Origin: Cirrosporium novae-zelandiae
Lineage: Eukaryota
Reading direction: 5' to 3'
Assembly (NCBI GenBank): GCA_026023565.1
Contig: JAPETS010000002.1
Coordinates: 372,001-436,000, forward strand
DNA: 64,000 bases
Shown here: positions 13,206 to 26,823 of the stretch, piece after piece
Layout of the letters: each line of letters opens with the position of its first letter
Position numbering within the stretch: the first letter of the stretch is position 1
Made by a program: the position numbers and the translations under genes
The notes under the pieces: model-generated
The model's database searches: none
The model's input: only the letters and a program-made list of their open reading frames with translations
Told to the model about the DNA's origin: nothing

Positions 13206-15324
13206 CTAGGTGTTCAGGCTAGCCCCCTTGAACCTCTTAGTAAGTTGTTCGCTGTCCGAGACCTCCGTATGATCTTGGTTCATGGATTGACAAAGGCGTT
13301 TTGGGGGCCGCTCACCAGACTCTGATAGAATTGCTAATAGTGTTGCCCAGCCTGGAGTGTTGAGCAGCTGAAATCCACCTGCAACGTCGTGCGTTGAGGC
13401 GACTCGGCAAAGGAGTGATTCTTCGTCCTGTACCAACAGTTTAGCAGTCTGTAGTGACTAACAGCCCAGGTTACTTGCCTTTCCTATAATTCCCATGCCA
13501 TGCAAGAAACACAGCAAATGGAAATCAGAGATTCCTCTGAGGCTCTCATCTGGATTGGAATTCCCTCGAACAACTCCCAGCCGTTTGGCAACATCTCGTA
13601 ATTCCTGGGCCTCACCTATTGCCGCACGGTTCTCGACGGGAAAACCTGGAGCATTAAACAACGGTGTCGGTTCTTTAGGGAATCCAGTTGTAAGGGACAC
13701 AAGCAAATATTCCACGGGAAAGCCAGGTTTTGCATTTTCTTGGACACTTGCCCCATATTCATTGATCTTTCGGTAGAACACTTCGGGAATGTATCGAGTC
13801 CGCTGCCGATCTTCCTCTTCCTCTTCTGTTCTGACTAGCATGATGGCCGGCTCTGCTGAAGGTTCGATGATGTCTGCTTTTACCATTTCCACTGCTGAGT
13901 TCGAAGCCTGGTATGCTGTAATATCAATGTGGCCATCTTGGTCACCACTAACTACGCACGTTACAAAATTTGAACCAAATCGACCAGTGTCACTCCATTT
14001 GGTAGGTTTGGGATGTTTCGCTTGCATGCGGGCCGCGAAACATATTTCGAGGGAGGATAGATAGTATGAATCAATGTGCCGCCTGCAGATAACAGTTCCA
14101 TCTCCAGCCCCTGAATCGATGAGGTCCGTAAAAATAATTCCAACTTGTTCTAGACCGCATTGCTTTGCGACCTGATTGATATCTTCTTCATTCGACCAGT
14201 CATTTAATGTAACCCCATCTTGTTCATCGATTTGTGGAGGTTCATATATTGCCTCAACAACGGCTTTTATCCCCAGTGGTACTTCTGTGTACTCTTCATA
14301 GCGGCCAAATAATACACCAAATCGTTGCCCACCTGATCTCCGCCAGAAATTTAAGAGGTCTTCGATTAGCCTTGGTGTAGCAAACTCGACGTGATCGACC
14401 ATGCGGAATGGTTGAGGTTGTAATGTGATAGCGCTTGGTTGACACTTGGTGCAAATACCTTCCGGCCACGGCGGATGTCCCGATGGGCATTCTGGTTTTA
14501 CTCTGTAGTATAGCTCACTCAAAGGTGGCATATATGAACTCTTCAATTCAGGTTTATTGGTCGCGGAGTTAATTTTGCGTAGATATGAGTTGAATGAAAG
14601 ATGCTTTATCTTCTTTTCTGCCAGATATCCAGCGTCGAACGGTTCAAGAGGCATGCAGTATTCACACATTCCCTTCGGGCTATGCTTACACATCTTGTTA
14701 TCTCGTTTTCTTGGAATCTTTCCATCTTGTTTATCTAGCCTGTCATCCAGTGCTGACTGCTTGATGACTTCCCAAGGATTCTTTATTGTTGCTACTGGAG
14801 AAGGGGGGCCTGGCTTTGTTGCAGGAATTTCGCTGGATGGTATGGGCTGGCCATTCAACCGATTCGAGGATTTCTGGATAGGATTTCTTGTTGGGATTTG
14901 AATTGTTTGTGCCTCCTGGCCGTTTGAAAGTGTTTCTTGTTGCTTGTATCCCAGATAAAGCTTGTCGCCATGTCTAAATAATTTCAGTAAAGACCTGTTA
15001 TCGGTTATACTATGCTTCTCACTTTAACCCCACTCTCTCTACCCTAACGCCCTTGAGACCCATGATAGGTCTTTCATCACCACGATTTACTCCAATAGGG
15101 GCATTTGAGAGAACAACACTATTTGGGTCGGTATTCGGAGGGAGTTTGTCCAGGATCTAGGATAATAAGTACCTCCCACTCCAATCTCGAGCTTTGGTTC
15201 AACCCAGTGGAGTGTAACATACCTTTGGTAATAACGAGGTAAAATGATCGGTTGGCTGCACTGATAATCGAAATGTTCCATCCCTAGTCTCAAACCTAAG
15301 GGTGATAGGCTTCGCGGGGGCCAT
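13206..15324 (-). CDS. NPL4: Nuclear protein localization protein 4 (Cdc48-Ufd1 cofactor); several introns incl. GC-AG intron 13428-13478
   Basis: N-terminal UBL exon ([10 protein letters not shown]), zf-NPL4 ([28 protein letters not shown]), [24 protein letters not shown]. Confidence 0.95.
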
Positions 15325-15898
15325 GGTAGAAGAGCGTTTTGTGGAAGCTGGGAAGTAAAGTTGGGTTCATGGGTAGAGATTTGGACAAAAGAATGCGATA
15401 ATAAATGTGAGGGAAGATAATGTTATGGAGAAGTGAGGCTGAAGGTCTGGGAATGCCTACAGCACTAATATGTTCGAATGTTGCCAGATGCTTCGCCTGG
15501 ATGCACCGAACTCGGTGGAATTCAAGGAACAATGCTGCCACGGCTGCTCATGTAATGCAGGTCTTTGAGTAATGCCGTCACACCGTTCGGTGCCTAAGGC
15601 TTTGATGGCTCCCCTCCCCGTACAGCCTTATTGCAGAGCCTCCCACTAGGAAATTGCCGTTTGTCAATCATTTCAGAGAAAGGACACGAAGTCGCTCTGA
15701 GACGTAATACTGGGAACAAAGGCAACCATTCTTTTTTATGTCCCACCTTCCTTTTTCATTACTTAATGAGATTTATATTTCTACCGATTGGTTTTCACGA
15801 GGAATCTTCCACAAGGCCTGAACAACTATTGTAACCCCAAATACAAACAGCCTCTTGTTTAGGGCTCAATGCCCTTGATCTGAATTCCATTTATCACG

Positions 15899-16721
15899 AT
15901 GCCTGACTGGCTCAGTCTCACGCTTCCTCTTGCTTACTTAACCGTTCTTATCGGATCCCTTGCTACATTTTCCTATCTATATCGTAGACGAAAAGCCGGT
16001 ATTATTACCTCATGAGCAGTTTCCACTCCTTCCGCTAAAAATTATTATAGTCCAATCCGCACACCTCGAACCATGGTTCGGTCCACATCTTCAAAGAGAC
16101 ATATACCTTTCTCTCGTCCATTTTGACCAAGATCCTGAACCTGGCGAGAAGAAAGCGCCACAAGTACCTGAAACAATACTAAAGGCCGCCCTCTTGCGAC
16201 GAGCTATAGAGGATGTCCACCGAATATTTCGATTACGGACTTCGAAACAGGCACTTTCTTCGCTGCTACAAAGGGGCAGTGTCGGTGATGATCTATGGAA
16301 GAGATTTTTGAGGGCCGAAAAGGAGATGGAACTTGAAGTTCGAGACGTTGTGCAAGAGGTCTGCAACAAGAGGCTAAATCTCTGAGGAATGTACTAACGG
16401 GATTTACAGGCTGAGGGACTCCAACAAGGCTGGGGTCAAGTAATCTTCCAAAGTGCTGGAGAGATGTTAAACAATGAAATGTTTCGCAAGAAGTTAAATG
16501 CAGTAACGGCACAAGTTGATACTGAAAAGAAATGGTGGGAGAAGAGACGAGCGGCGATACAAGCAGACTTTATGAAAGAATTGGACGAGGAGACAATTGC
16601 AAATAAAGTCAATGTAGTCGGCGAGAAACAGGGGAGTGATGAGGATGCCGTCCTAGTAGATGCCGGTGGACCAGCCGTTCCTACTAAAGGGGGCGCAAAA
16701 AAGAAGAAGGGAAAGAAATAG
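15899..16721 (+). CDS. SEC66: Sec63 complex subunit Sec66/Sec71; two introns
   Basis: N-terminal TM (LPLAYLTVLIGSLATFS), PWFGPHLQRDIYLSL, LKAALLRRA.EDV.RI, GSVGDDLWKRF, W..VIFQSA. Confidence 0.92.
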
Positions 16722-16861
16722 ATTATGGTCATGATGTTTCTTCAATAAATATCCTTATAGATGCATGCATTAATTGCGGGTGTCTTGTTTTATCCAATAA
16801 TCGGATCTCCCTGTTGGGACGTGATACGAATGCTAATACAATGTTTGAGTGAGAATTCCAT

Positions 16862-19656
16862 TCATCTCCTCCCCTTTCTCAGGCTCTTCTCCCTTTCATA
16901 TTCCTTTGCCTCATGACCTTCCTCTCCCTGGATCTCTGCGATCAACCTCTTATACTTCTTCTCATACTCCATGTCCTTTTCCTTCTTCTCTCTCAAACTC
17001 TCCCTCGCCATAAAGTTTGCGTCCTTCCTCAACTCCCTCATTGCCCCCTTTTTCTCCTTCTTATGCTCGGCCTTTAATTTATTGCGTTCGGCGCGTTCAC
17101 GGTCTGGGTCGTAGTGTTTGTCAGGGTTGTAGGATTCTTCGAACTTCGGAATGAAGGTCTTGATAGCAAGGGGACGGTGGTTGTGAAGAAGAAGAGGCCG
17201 GCGGGCTTTTCGGGCTTGGTTGAGGAGTCCCGATAGTTTATCAGAAAGTAATTGGATCTGATCATTGATTTCAACTGGGAATAGTTTGCGACAGGATTTA
17301 CTGGATATATGGCGTAACAGAGTAGTGAAAGGCTCGAAGACCTCAGAGAATGCAGACTTGTCGGCCCAAAGTTCAGCCATATTTTCAAGAACGGATAAGA
17401 AGGTTTGGAGGAGTGATAGTTGTAATTGATCATTCTCCTTCTTTGATAGTTCGTTTTGATCCACAGTATTCCAGAAATTAATTTTCCTGACTACTTTTGA
17501 CTTTGAAGTGATCCTTAAGGCCGCAGGAAGTTCATGGTATGGAATATTCCCAATAGCGACAGGGCATTTGTTGGGAATCAGCCCTTCGAGAGCATTTAAG
17601 GTATAGTTGACAAGCTCTGGGATATATCTTTTAGATAACCGTTGGTATTTTAATGCCAAAGACCCCAGGTATGCTCCAGTTGCCAGGTCACTCAATGACT
17701 GAGGGATACTCTGACCTAGATATCGTGATATAAGTAGTGCCGCTGGAGTAACAACTTGATGGAAATGGTCAGAAGTAGGAAATATTGACCCAACAGTTGT
17801 CAGTATGAGTAGATCTCCAGGTAATGGCTTAAGAGGACGTTGCTCTCCAAAATTCTGTATATTTTTCCGAAATGCATTGGCAATCTCGATCGGAAAACTC
17901 TTTGCAAGGGAATGAATATGTCGAATAAGTTGTTCTAGAGGATTAAATGGGGGTCGATCCTCTTGGTTCGCAAGATAAGAAAGATGGTCCACTAGAACGG
18001 CCGAAAATACACCCATTTTGGCCTTGTTCTCAGCCTTGAGTTTTGGGTGATGTAAAGCTCGTATCCTTTGAATGATTGTCGGTAGGTCATTAATAGAAGT
18101 TCCTTCCCTAACCTGTAGCAGCTCCTCTTGGGATTGAGGACAAGGATATGTATATGCCAATTTATCGCTAGTCATAGATTCTTGTTTAGCCGTCGTTTCT
18201 ATAACATTAGATCGAAACTCAGGCCTCCTTTCTTCATCTTTCGATAGTAAGCCCTGGACGAATTCAGTATCGTCGTTGTCGCTTGCAGATTGGTCTTCAT
18301 CCTCGCCACTACTAGCCAGATCGGCTTCCGAATCGCTTTCTATTAAGCCATCATCGAGTATAAAGTCGTCTTCGTCTTCTACATCGAGCTCTCTTTTAGG
18401 TTGATTTGCTTGAATCCCCGAGCCCAATCCAAACCCCTGGGCGTCATCTTGTAGCTCCTCTTCATGGTCCTCCGGTACTTCATCCCCTTCGTCATCACTA
18501 CTTGTTGGCTCTCCGGCCATTCTCCGAAGTCTCTTCTCCTCTAGGTCTTTAAGTCTTTTAGCCTCATTTTCAATCTGCTCCTCTTCCGTTTTAGTCCTAT
18601 CTGTTGGTTGTGATCTCTTATCATACACCAACTGTCGTAGTCGTTCGTCATATTCTTTGTCTGCCTCGGCCCGGTCTTTTCCGTTGATGAGTGCTGCTCT
18701 ATCTGCATTAATGGTGGGTTCCGTTTTTTCCTTCTCTTGGGTAGTAACCTTTGGGGGTGGTTGATGTCCTTGAAGAAGCTTAAAGATATCCGGCAGACCC
18801 TTGTCAAGTTCGGCGCGAAGATCTTCGTCATCTTCCTTGGCTTTCTGTCTTTCGTATTTATAGAGCTTAGACTTAGCGATAACCTCCTTCATAACCTCGG
18901 CCTTTGTTTTCTTCCTAAGTGGTTCTTCAGCATCGTCGTCTTCCCCTTCTTGTTCGCCCCCATTGTGCTCCACATCCTGTAATTCCCTCTTCCGCTTCTT
19001 AAAGCCCCCATTAGAAGAGCCATCAGACTGTTCACCTCCGGACAGGTCGTCTTCGTCAAAGTCATCCAGTCCCTTGTCATCTCCAAAAGTAAGCTCCCGA
19101 CCCATATGAGTAAGGCCATCTTCTTCGTCATCTTCAAGATTGAACATAGATCCCTTGTTCAAGTGCTTCTGCTTCTCTCTTGCAAAACGTTCAGCGGCCT
19201 TTTCTTCGGGCGTCATAGTAGGATCGTCTTCACCAAATCTTCGGTCCGTAAACAGTCCTGCCTTTTTCCGCTGCTGCATTTCTACCAGAAGAGTTTGCCG
19301 TCTCTAGATATCAAGCAGTTAGACAACTCAAGGCCTAGCTTCAAATCAGGAAATCCTACCCTTTCTTCACCAAGGCTCCTCGTAACTCCAGGGCGACCCT
19401 GGACTCCTGGTCCTGCCCTACCATTGCCTTGGATCTTTGCGACTTCAAATTTAGCAGGGCGAGCAGGGGCTTTCACTTCAAACGGATTGAACTGCTCCCG
19501 AATGCTCTGCAAAGCTTCCGAACGCCGTAGACGTTGTTGCTCTGCTGCTTTTCCATTTTTGACATTTTGCTTTCTCTGTTTCTTCGATTTCTGGGGCCCA
19601 ACGATTCCTTTATCCCGTAATGACGCCTTCAATTGTTTCAGCTGGGAGGGTGCCAT
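16862..19656 (-). CDS. NOP14: Nucleolar protein 14 (SSU processome); one intron near 19308-19361
   Basis: SQLKQLKASL, IREQFNPFE, DRRFGE, KTKAEVMKEVIAKSK, TSDHFHQVVTPA, PKFEE, KGAMRELRKD. Confidence 0.95.
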
Positions 19657-19901
19657 TCTAGCAATTAATATTGATTGTCCTGCGGGCAACTCTTGAATGA
19701 TGGGTCTTTGCAGAATTCTGTTAAAAAAAGTTTCGGTGGAACGCCAAGATTTCGTGCTTGGCAGTCTCACCGCCTTCTATTTACGGCTAGCGCAACGTAA
19801 ATTAATCGTCATGTTGCTTTCAGTCTTGTGAGCTTACTGGTGACTTCTGAGCTTCAAGAAATCAAATATGAAAATGAACCATCCCTCTTAGTTGCCAGAA
19901 G

Positions 19902-21279
19902 ATGGCACCAGGCCTCCATGATAATCTGTTTTGGCTCGGCTGTGGTATGCTTCATCAGAAATTGCTTTTTACTTACTGGAATTAACACATCAGTAGGAGT
20001 CGCAGCTTTTTTTGCTATCAAATCTATCGGCAGCAAGCTTCAAGAGTTGCGTGAGCTGTCTGAAGTCAAGCATGATGATCAAACCAAGCGGTTGATAAAC
20101 CCTGAAGAAACTGAAGATGGTACAACGGTCCCCATGAGTACCCTAGCACCATATGCTGAGGCGGCCACCCAAGCTCTAAAACTTGATTCTCTTTCGAAAC
20201 TTACAGAAGGCTCGGTTTATGAGATTCGCACAGCGTTGGTCTTCGTTTGTTTATTTCATGACTGAAATTCTAAGCTGATGTTACTCTTAGGGCTTTGGCG
20301 GTCATTTCAGACCTGAGTTTGAAGGGACCTGCTCGCCGGCTCCTCCTCAGAGACCTTCGCAGCAAAGATGAAGATACTAGATCAAATGCTATCAGTGCCC
20401 TTCGATTTCTCACCCAATCAGCACCAAGTCAGTACCCACGAACCTACTAGGAATACTTCTACAAGGTCCAGCTAACAATCGACTCACCCCGCAGCCGACG
20501 CTCTCTCCAACCTCGAAACCTGCACCGCTCTTGTTGACTGTCTCGTCAACCTCTTTGATGAGCATGAACCAGACCCAGAGCCTTCAAGCTCTAATACAGC
20601 AAATCCTTCCAAATATCGTCAACCAATTCCTCCGACCGAGCGCGAAGCCATAACTGTCCTCACCCGTTTCATGGGTTGGAGCGTTGACATCTGTCTACGA
20701 GCGGGCCTTGTAAAACGCTGGCTTGCCAATTACCCCTTTGCAGGCGTCCATGGCGACAAGTCTCGCAAGCTCGAAATAGTAAACCAGCTCAAGACGCTCA
20801 AAATCGAAGATACAGCCTTAGGTCAAATAATCAGTTGGCTTCACAGCGAGAGTCCAGAGGGTAGACTGCAAATGCGCGAAGCCGGTCTTATTCCAGAAAA
20901 TGATGAAGATGGCGACATTTACATGATTGGCGGAGAAGGTACATCAGGATGGGGCCCCTCAAGCTCGCCTCCGCCAAGGCATGCCGCTCCCGGCAGACCA
21001 CGAAGAGATGGCGAGAGTCGCGAGGAGCAGAGTTTGAGGAGACGGCGGAGAGAAGCTATGGTTATTGGCGAGGAGGGACAACCTCTAGGACGGGATAATA
21101 TTTTCCAGAGAGAAATGACTCCCAGAGATGAAGCTGTCGAAAGACAGCTGGAGCAATTGATGGATGAAGTCCAAAGAGAAGATGAGGCTGCTGCTGCTCC
21201 AAGAGAAGAACGAGAACAAGAAAATACGGAACGTCATGACGATGACGAGGAAACAGTACAGCCTCTCTCAGAGGTGTAA
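19902..21279 (+). CDS. Conserved fungal hypothetical protein with N-terminal hydrophobic segment, multi-exon (boundaries approximate)
   Basis: Coding exons linked by GT-AG introns (L.KL.EG.VYEIR.A; AGLVKRWLANYPF; ESREEQSLRRRRREAMVI). Confidence 0.7.
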
Positions 21280-23117
21280 TGAGAGTATTTTGCCTCTCTC
21301 GTTTGAGTGAGAACAAATAATCATTTATGCGAGGACACTCTACGAAGTCTATCCCAAGAAATGGAAATTTCCCTTATGCTAAATCGAATCAAGAACCCAA
21401 GGGAAGAGTCAGTCAAAATAACCCTCCAAAAAACTATGACAAGAAATAGTTTTGCTTCTCTGGAATCCCCTCCCTTGTCTACCTACTGAATCGATCGACT
21501 CAACCCACGTCCATCATTATTATCACTACTGCTACATGGGCCCCCCGCGGGTACTCACAAGAGAGAAGACTACCTCCCCTATGTAATAGTATACTATTTG
21601 AAGAGCATGAACTATGAACTATGAAGACCGAAAGGAAATATGCATACGTGATTAGTCTTCTACTTCCTTCATTTTAATGTTAACAAGACACTGAACGAGG
21701 ATGATGAAAAAGAGCTGAGGCAACCTTTTGCTTTACTTTACTTTATGTGGCGATGATGAAAGTCTACTTGTCGACCCTCTCTACCTGCTTGTTTGCTTAG
21801 TAGCTTATTAGTTAGCTAGCTAGCTAACTAACCTATCTACTCAGGAGGTTACCCTCATGTATAGTACATATGCATGTATTTATACACAACGAATTCCCTT
21901 TACCCCAAGGGGAAAAAGGAAAAGGCAAACTAAGGAAATGTACAATAAATCAAAATAGCTCCAATACCTTTTTTTCTCTCCATGTAAACACCATCCCTTA
22001 TCCCTTATTTCTTATTCCTAATTAATTAGTCAATTAATCAATCCCACTACCAATTCATCAATACTAATCTAAAAAGGGGGGAAAGTAAAAAGGAAAAGAG
22101 TAGGGGGAAAGGAGAAAGAAGATTTACATAATTAAGAAAAGAAAAAAGAAGAAAAAAATAACAGAGGAAAGACCAGGGAGCAGAGCGCAGAGAACGAGGA
22201 AAAGGAGTACAGGCGAACATGCATTGCATGAACGCATGAATGAATACGTTTAAGTACCTAGCTAGACTATAAGAAACAAGGGTAATTTATCTATTTCGTT
22301 TTAGAGTAGTTTCGTTTCTATGGTATTCAAAAAACAAAAAGAAACATACTTTATTAATTAGTTAATCGGTACATGAATGTGTCTTTTTGAGTTTGTTTTT
22401 TGGGCTCTTGTTCTGTTTCTGGTTTCTGGTTTCGTGTCGTGTAGGTGTGTATGTGTATGCATGTTTTGGTGAAGGCAAGAAGGGGGAGTGGGGGTTTCGT
22501 TTCGTTTTTTGTTTGTCTTTTGATATTTTTGATTCTTGGTTTTTGTTTTGTTTTTTTATGCATCTACAATAGGTTATCATCCCCCCCCCCCCCATTTGAT
22601 TTAGCCGAACCGTCTATCCGAAGGAACAAATCAAAATTTGCAACAACCGCCAAAAATGGTCTTGAAAAATTCTCATTTCATTTGTAAGAAGATAGGTGTC
22701 TTTGATAAGACTTAGAATCGAATAGAATAGACGAACAAAGCAAGAGTCCTTTTCAGCATGTCCAGCAAGCCGATAACGATGACCCTCCCGAATTCATTCA
22801 TACTGGTTCTGTTTTTTTGGTTCCCCTCTCTTTGAAAAAAAAAAAGCTCAGAGAAAGAAGAAAAAAACACCAAGATTTCGTTAATGCCGTTTTTTCATCA
22901 CCTGTATCCAATGTTCCCTTTCACCAAAAAACCCCTCTAGAAAGTTGTCCCTATGTGTGGATATATATAAAGAAGATGTCGGAAATCCTCCACAAAGTCG
23001 TCTTCAAAAAAAGCCCATCCCCTAAAAATGATTGTGTGTACAAGAATTGAAAATGTAAAAAGTCTAAGGGATAGCAACCAAACCCCCCTTTTTCCTGTTA
23101 GTTTTGGCTCCTTTACT

Positions 23118-24573
23118 CTAGAACCGAGATCCACCATGACGTTTTCGGTGCTGGAGTAGATGTTTCAATTCATTGGGGGATCGTCCTTCAGGTTGGCTTT
23201 GGACTTCTCGCTCTTCGTTAGTGGTTGTAATACCGGCGGCTTCGCGTTTGCTATGTTCCCACCAGCCCTTCCAGGAGTGGGTTGGTGTTGGGCCGGCGAC
23301 AGCGTAGGTTGCGAGGGTGGTTTGTTGGGCCGAGGAGGCAGCTGGGACCTGGGCCGATGGGATAGCTGGTGCCGAAATGGAGGATATGGCGACGGAGTAA
23401 GCTGTTGGGGCCGAGCTGAGTGTAGCTGAAACGGATGCGTAGACGGAGGCCGAAGCGACACCAGAGGCGGTGGAGTTGTTGCTGCTGCCGGAAGATTGGT
23501 AGACCTTGAGGGAGTTGACCTGCCAATAGGAGCTCTCGAATGCGGAAGGGTTGTTCTGGACATAGTCTTGGCAGGTGGAGGCTTTGGCGGAGCATGTTGA
23601 GTCCGAGGACCAGACGTTTCCGGCCCAGTCGCCGCAGAAGGTGGTGTCGAAGACGATTTGTTGGTTTTTGAATTTGCTGTCGATGTCGCAGGAAGTGTTA
23701 GGGAAGCGGGAGATGGGGGTTCCCCAGCTTGATGGGTCAGGAGATCCTGAGGAGATGTCCGAGGGGACGGAGCCTTGGGAGAAGAACCAGATCGTGATGG
23801 CATCACTGGTCCATTCAGTTGCGTATACACCACCGCCGGCGGAGTTGAATCCATCACCATAGGTGTTAGTCTCGGTTGAGGCAATCTGGCAACCGGTGTT
23901 GGATCCGCTGGAGACATCACAGTTTGTGGAGGTGACCTTGGAGGATGTACTGAAGTCACTAAGGATGGAAGAAGTGTTGGAGATGGAGCAGTCGACGCCG
24001 GTATGTAGAGTCATATCGTTGGTGGTCTGGGAATTGACACCTTCGATAATGTCGATTTCGCCATTTGAAGGCCAGTCCGGTCCGACCATCCAACTGTAAA
24101 TGTTGTCAGCATGCAAGGCTTGGGAGGGTAGTTTAACAAAAAACTTACAAGGCTGGCCAGGATCCACAAACACTTCCAGGCATGTGAGCAAGATCTAAGA
24201 TCACAAGACCGTGGTTGTAGCTCTTGGTACTGGTAATTCGAACACTTTGGCGACCGCTTGATGACGCAAAATTGGTGTGGTCGACACCCATGTAGATACT
24301 AGAGCCGTTATTGCTGATCAAACCAGAGGACTGGGCGGTTGATTGGTCGACATATTCTACGAATCCATTTGTTGGGTCGGTTTCCTAAGTAGTTATATAT
24401 TAATTCTATTTTTTTTAGTGAAGGGAAAAAAAGGTAAGTTAGCTTACTGTGAAGAAATCAAACATGCTGAAAAAGTTTGATGTAGAGTAATCATCCTCAA
24501 GAGTATAGCCAGCTACACTGAGTTTTGAAAGACTCATAAAGACAGCGCATGTAAGAAGTACTGAAGGATACAT
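23118..24573 (-). CDS. Secreted GH16 endo-1,3(4)-beta-glucanase with Ser/Ala-rich tail; two introns
   Basis: Signal peptide, [25 protein letters not shown], catalytic [22 protein letters not shown]. Confidence 0.92.
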
Positions 24574-25430
24574 CTTGTCAAAAGATATGATGTTTCAAAA
24601 GGGTTGCTTTTAGAAAGAATGACGATGGTTTATAGAAAAGGAATGTGGAGAAGAGAAAGGTCTTGTGTATAAATAGACCTGACCTTAGGTGATGAATGAT
24701 CAGATGAACGGTGAAGGAGAATAGAAAAAAAAGAAACAATAGTGACCTTGGGTTGTGGAGGTCATTATATGTAAGTGCTCAAAGAGAAGACTCTCGGTGG
24801 TGAAAGACATGCTTTGATAATTGTGTTTCGAGTGATAAAGGAGAATCTTCTGGGCCACACACCATTCACACCATTTTCCTGAATGGCGCTGAAAAAGGCT
24901 GTGTGATTCGTCGAGATGAGATTTCTTTGAGCCAACTGCTGGTCGAGAAAGGGACTGGTTTCTCTTTGACCTTGAACTCTTGATTGAAGCTGAGTGGGCG
25001 AAGCATCAAGAGAGAAAAAGGTTTAGGGGACATCTAGGTTAACTGGGCCTTACGACCATATGCAAGGGGAAAACATAAAACCATGTTTGGATGGACTACG
25101 CGGCATCGAGCAACATCCTATCCGAAAGTTAAGAAAGAGATGACCAGTAAGTGAGGCCAGGCAGCGGCAAAGTAGTGGGCGGGAGGGGGGGAGAAGGAAA
25201 AAAAAAGAGTTGCGTAAGGTATTAAAGATCGGTTGAGATGGTCAGATGGGTAATATAACCAACGTAATATAACTATAGGAAGAAGTAGTTGGTTAATGCC
25301 GAGTCTGAGCTTTGTCTATTGGGCTTCGGATGGGTGGTCTCTGGGCCTTTGGGCCTTTGGATGGTCTCTGGGTGGTCTACTGGGGGAGGGTCGCTGGGGT
25401 GTCTTTTCCCCTGTCTTGAAACAGAAATTG

Positions 25431-25492
25431 ACATGGATTAATTACATGGATTACATGGATTACATGGATTACATGGATTACATGGATTACAT
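25431..25492. repeat. Tandem 9-mer (ACATGGATT)n, about 6-7 copies
   Basis: Directly visible; produces the YMD repeat in a spurious ORF. Confidence 0.9.
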
Positions 25493-26823
25493 ACCCGATT
25501 ACCTGACATGACATGGGACTTTTTCCAAGGGTTCGGATTTACTTTTCATCCATTCCTTGTTTACTCTCCCACCATTCGTAAATAGCCTTTGACGCCTTCC
25601 TCTTCGACAGTAACCTTGATCAAGTTTGTTGGAATTGGAGACAGTAATAGTTAGACATTTGAGGTTTTCGTATTCTCCTGTGGGGGAGAGGCTGGAGAGA
25701 TTCAGCCCCCCCTGGTTCAGCGGAGGTTCAGCTAAGCTTCTTCACCTTACGTCTCACCATCGAGAAACCACTGCAGACTCTTTCAGACCTTTTCCCACTT
25801 TTCATTCCCCTGGCGGGAAATGTCTGCCCAATGAAACTGCAAATCGACTTCCAATCGTAGACGTGTAGGCTGTAGCGCTTCGCCACCGAACCCACTCATC
25901 TTGATCCTTTTTTATCACCCGCCGGAAAATCTAGAAAATCTTACGACTATCCTAAGATATGAAAATAAAACGAGGAGAAAAAAATGGATCGACGACTTTC
26001 TTTAACTCCCTAACGGCTTCGTAAAAATCTTATTAATATACCATGAATCTCATCTGTGGTTCCGGTATGATCTACGCGTCCCTGCACTGGAGAATCTTGC
26101 GCAGAACCGCTCAGGATACCAAGGACACCCTGGATACCCAAGAGGCCTGCCCGTGTCTCCCAAGGCAGATTGTTTATGTAATTGCTGACTTTTCTTCTCC
26201 TCCAAGGGCTGTTCTCAAGGGCTGATGGCTGGCTGATGATCCGCGACTTAACGGCTTGGGAGAATTAACTCTCGAAAATCACCCACAGGCACTCCATCGT
26301 CAGCGGCCAATGTTCGAGAGCACTGACTGACTTGGCTGTCAAACCTGTCAAGGAAAATATTCCTCTGAATTCAAATGATTTTGATGTTTCTGCTTTCTTC
26401 CTTCTCGTTTGGACATGTTTGAATTTGAAAATGTTTAAGATTACATGGTTACATTTAACTGCACGTGAATTTATGCTATGCTCGCTTTACGCCTAGGCTA
26501 CACGCTTTCTTCTTTTTATCAGACACCCGACTTCATTGGCACTCCTGGCATCGTATCATCAATCTGGACCTGCCATCTCCGAGATGACCAGTACCTTTGT
26601 CAATTCATTTCCGAAGAGCCTTGCTTATTTTATTCTTCCTCCATCAGACCATCTGAAGAAGCAAACAGCCATTCGAGTAAATGTGATAGTTGAACATTAG
26701 AGATGGCTCACAACATACTACGACCATTAATTGGCGTACCGAACATCAACCACCCTGAGATAAACTATTATTAACTGGGATGAGTGCATCATACCTGCAT
26801 CATGCAGCGCAATTACAAATATT

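Noticed and set aside
21300..23100. Many short ORFs in the AT-rich gap
   Set aside because: Low-complexity A/T tracts and microsatellites between convergent genes; no coding signature
25296..25511. ORF with YMD repeats / CRISPR-like periodicity
   Set aside because: Simple 9-nt tandem repeat with no spacers; eukaryotic context
23..26800. Cell-wall gene cluster (CHS, GH16, plus GH17 and FAS1 further on)
   Set aside because: Genes are scattered among unrelated housekeeping genes; no evidence for a functional cluster
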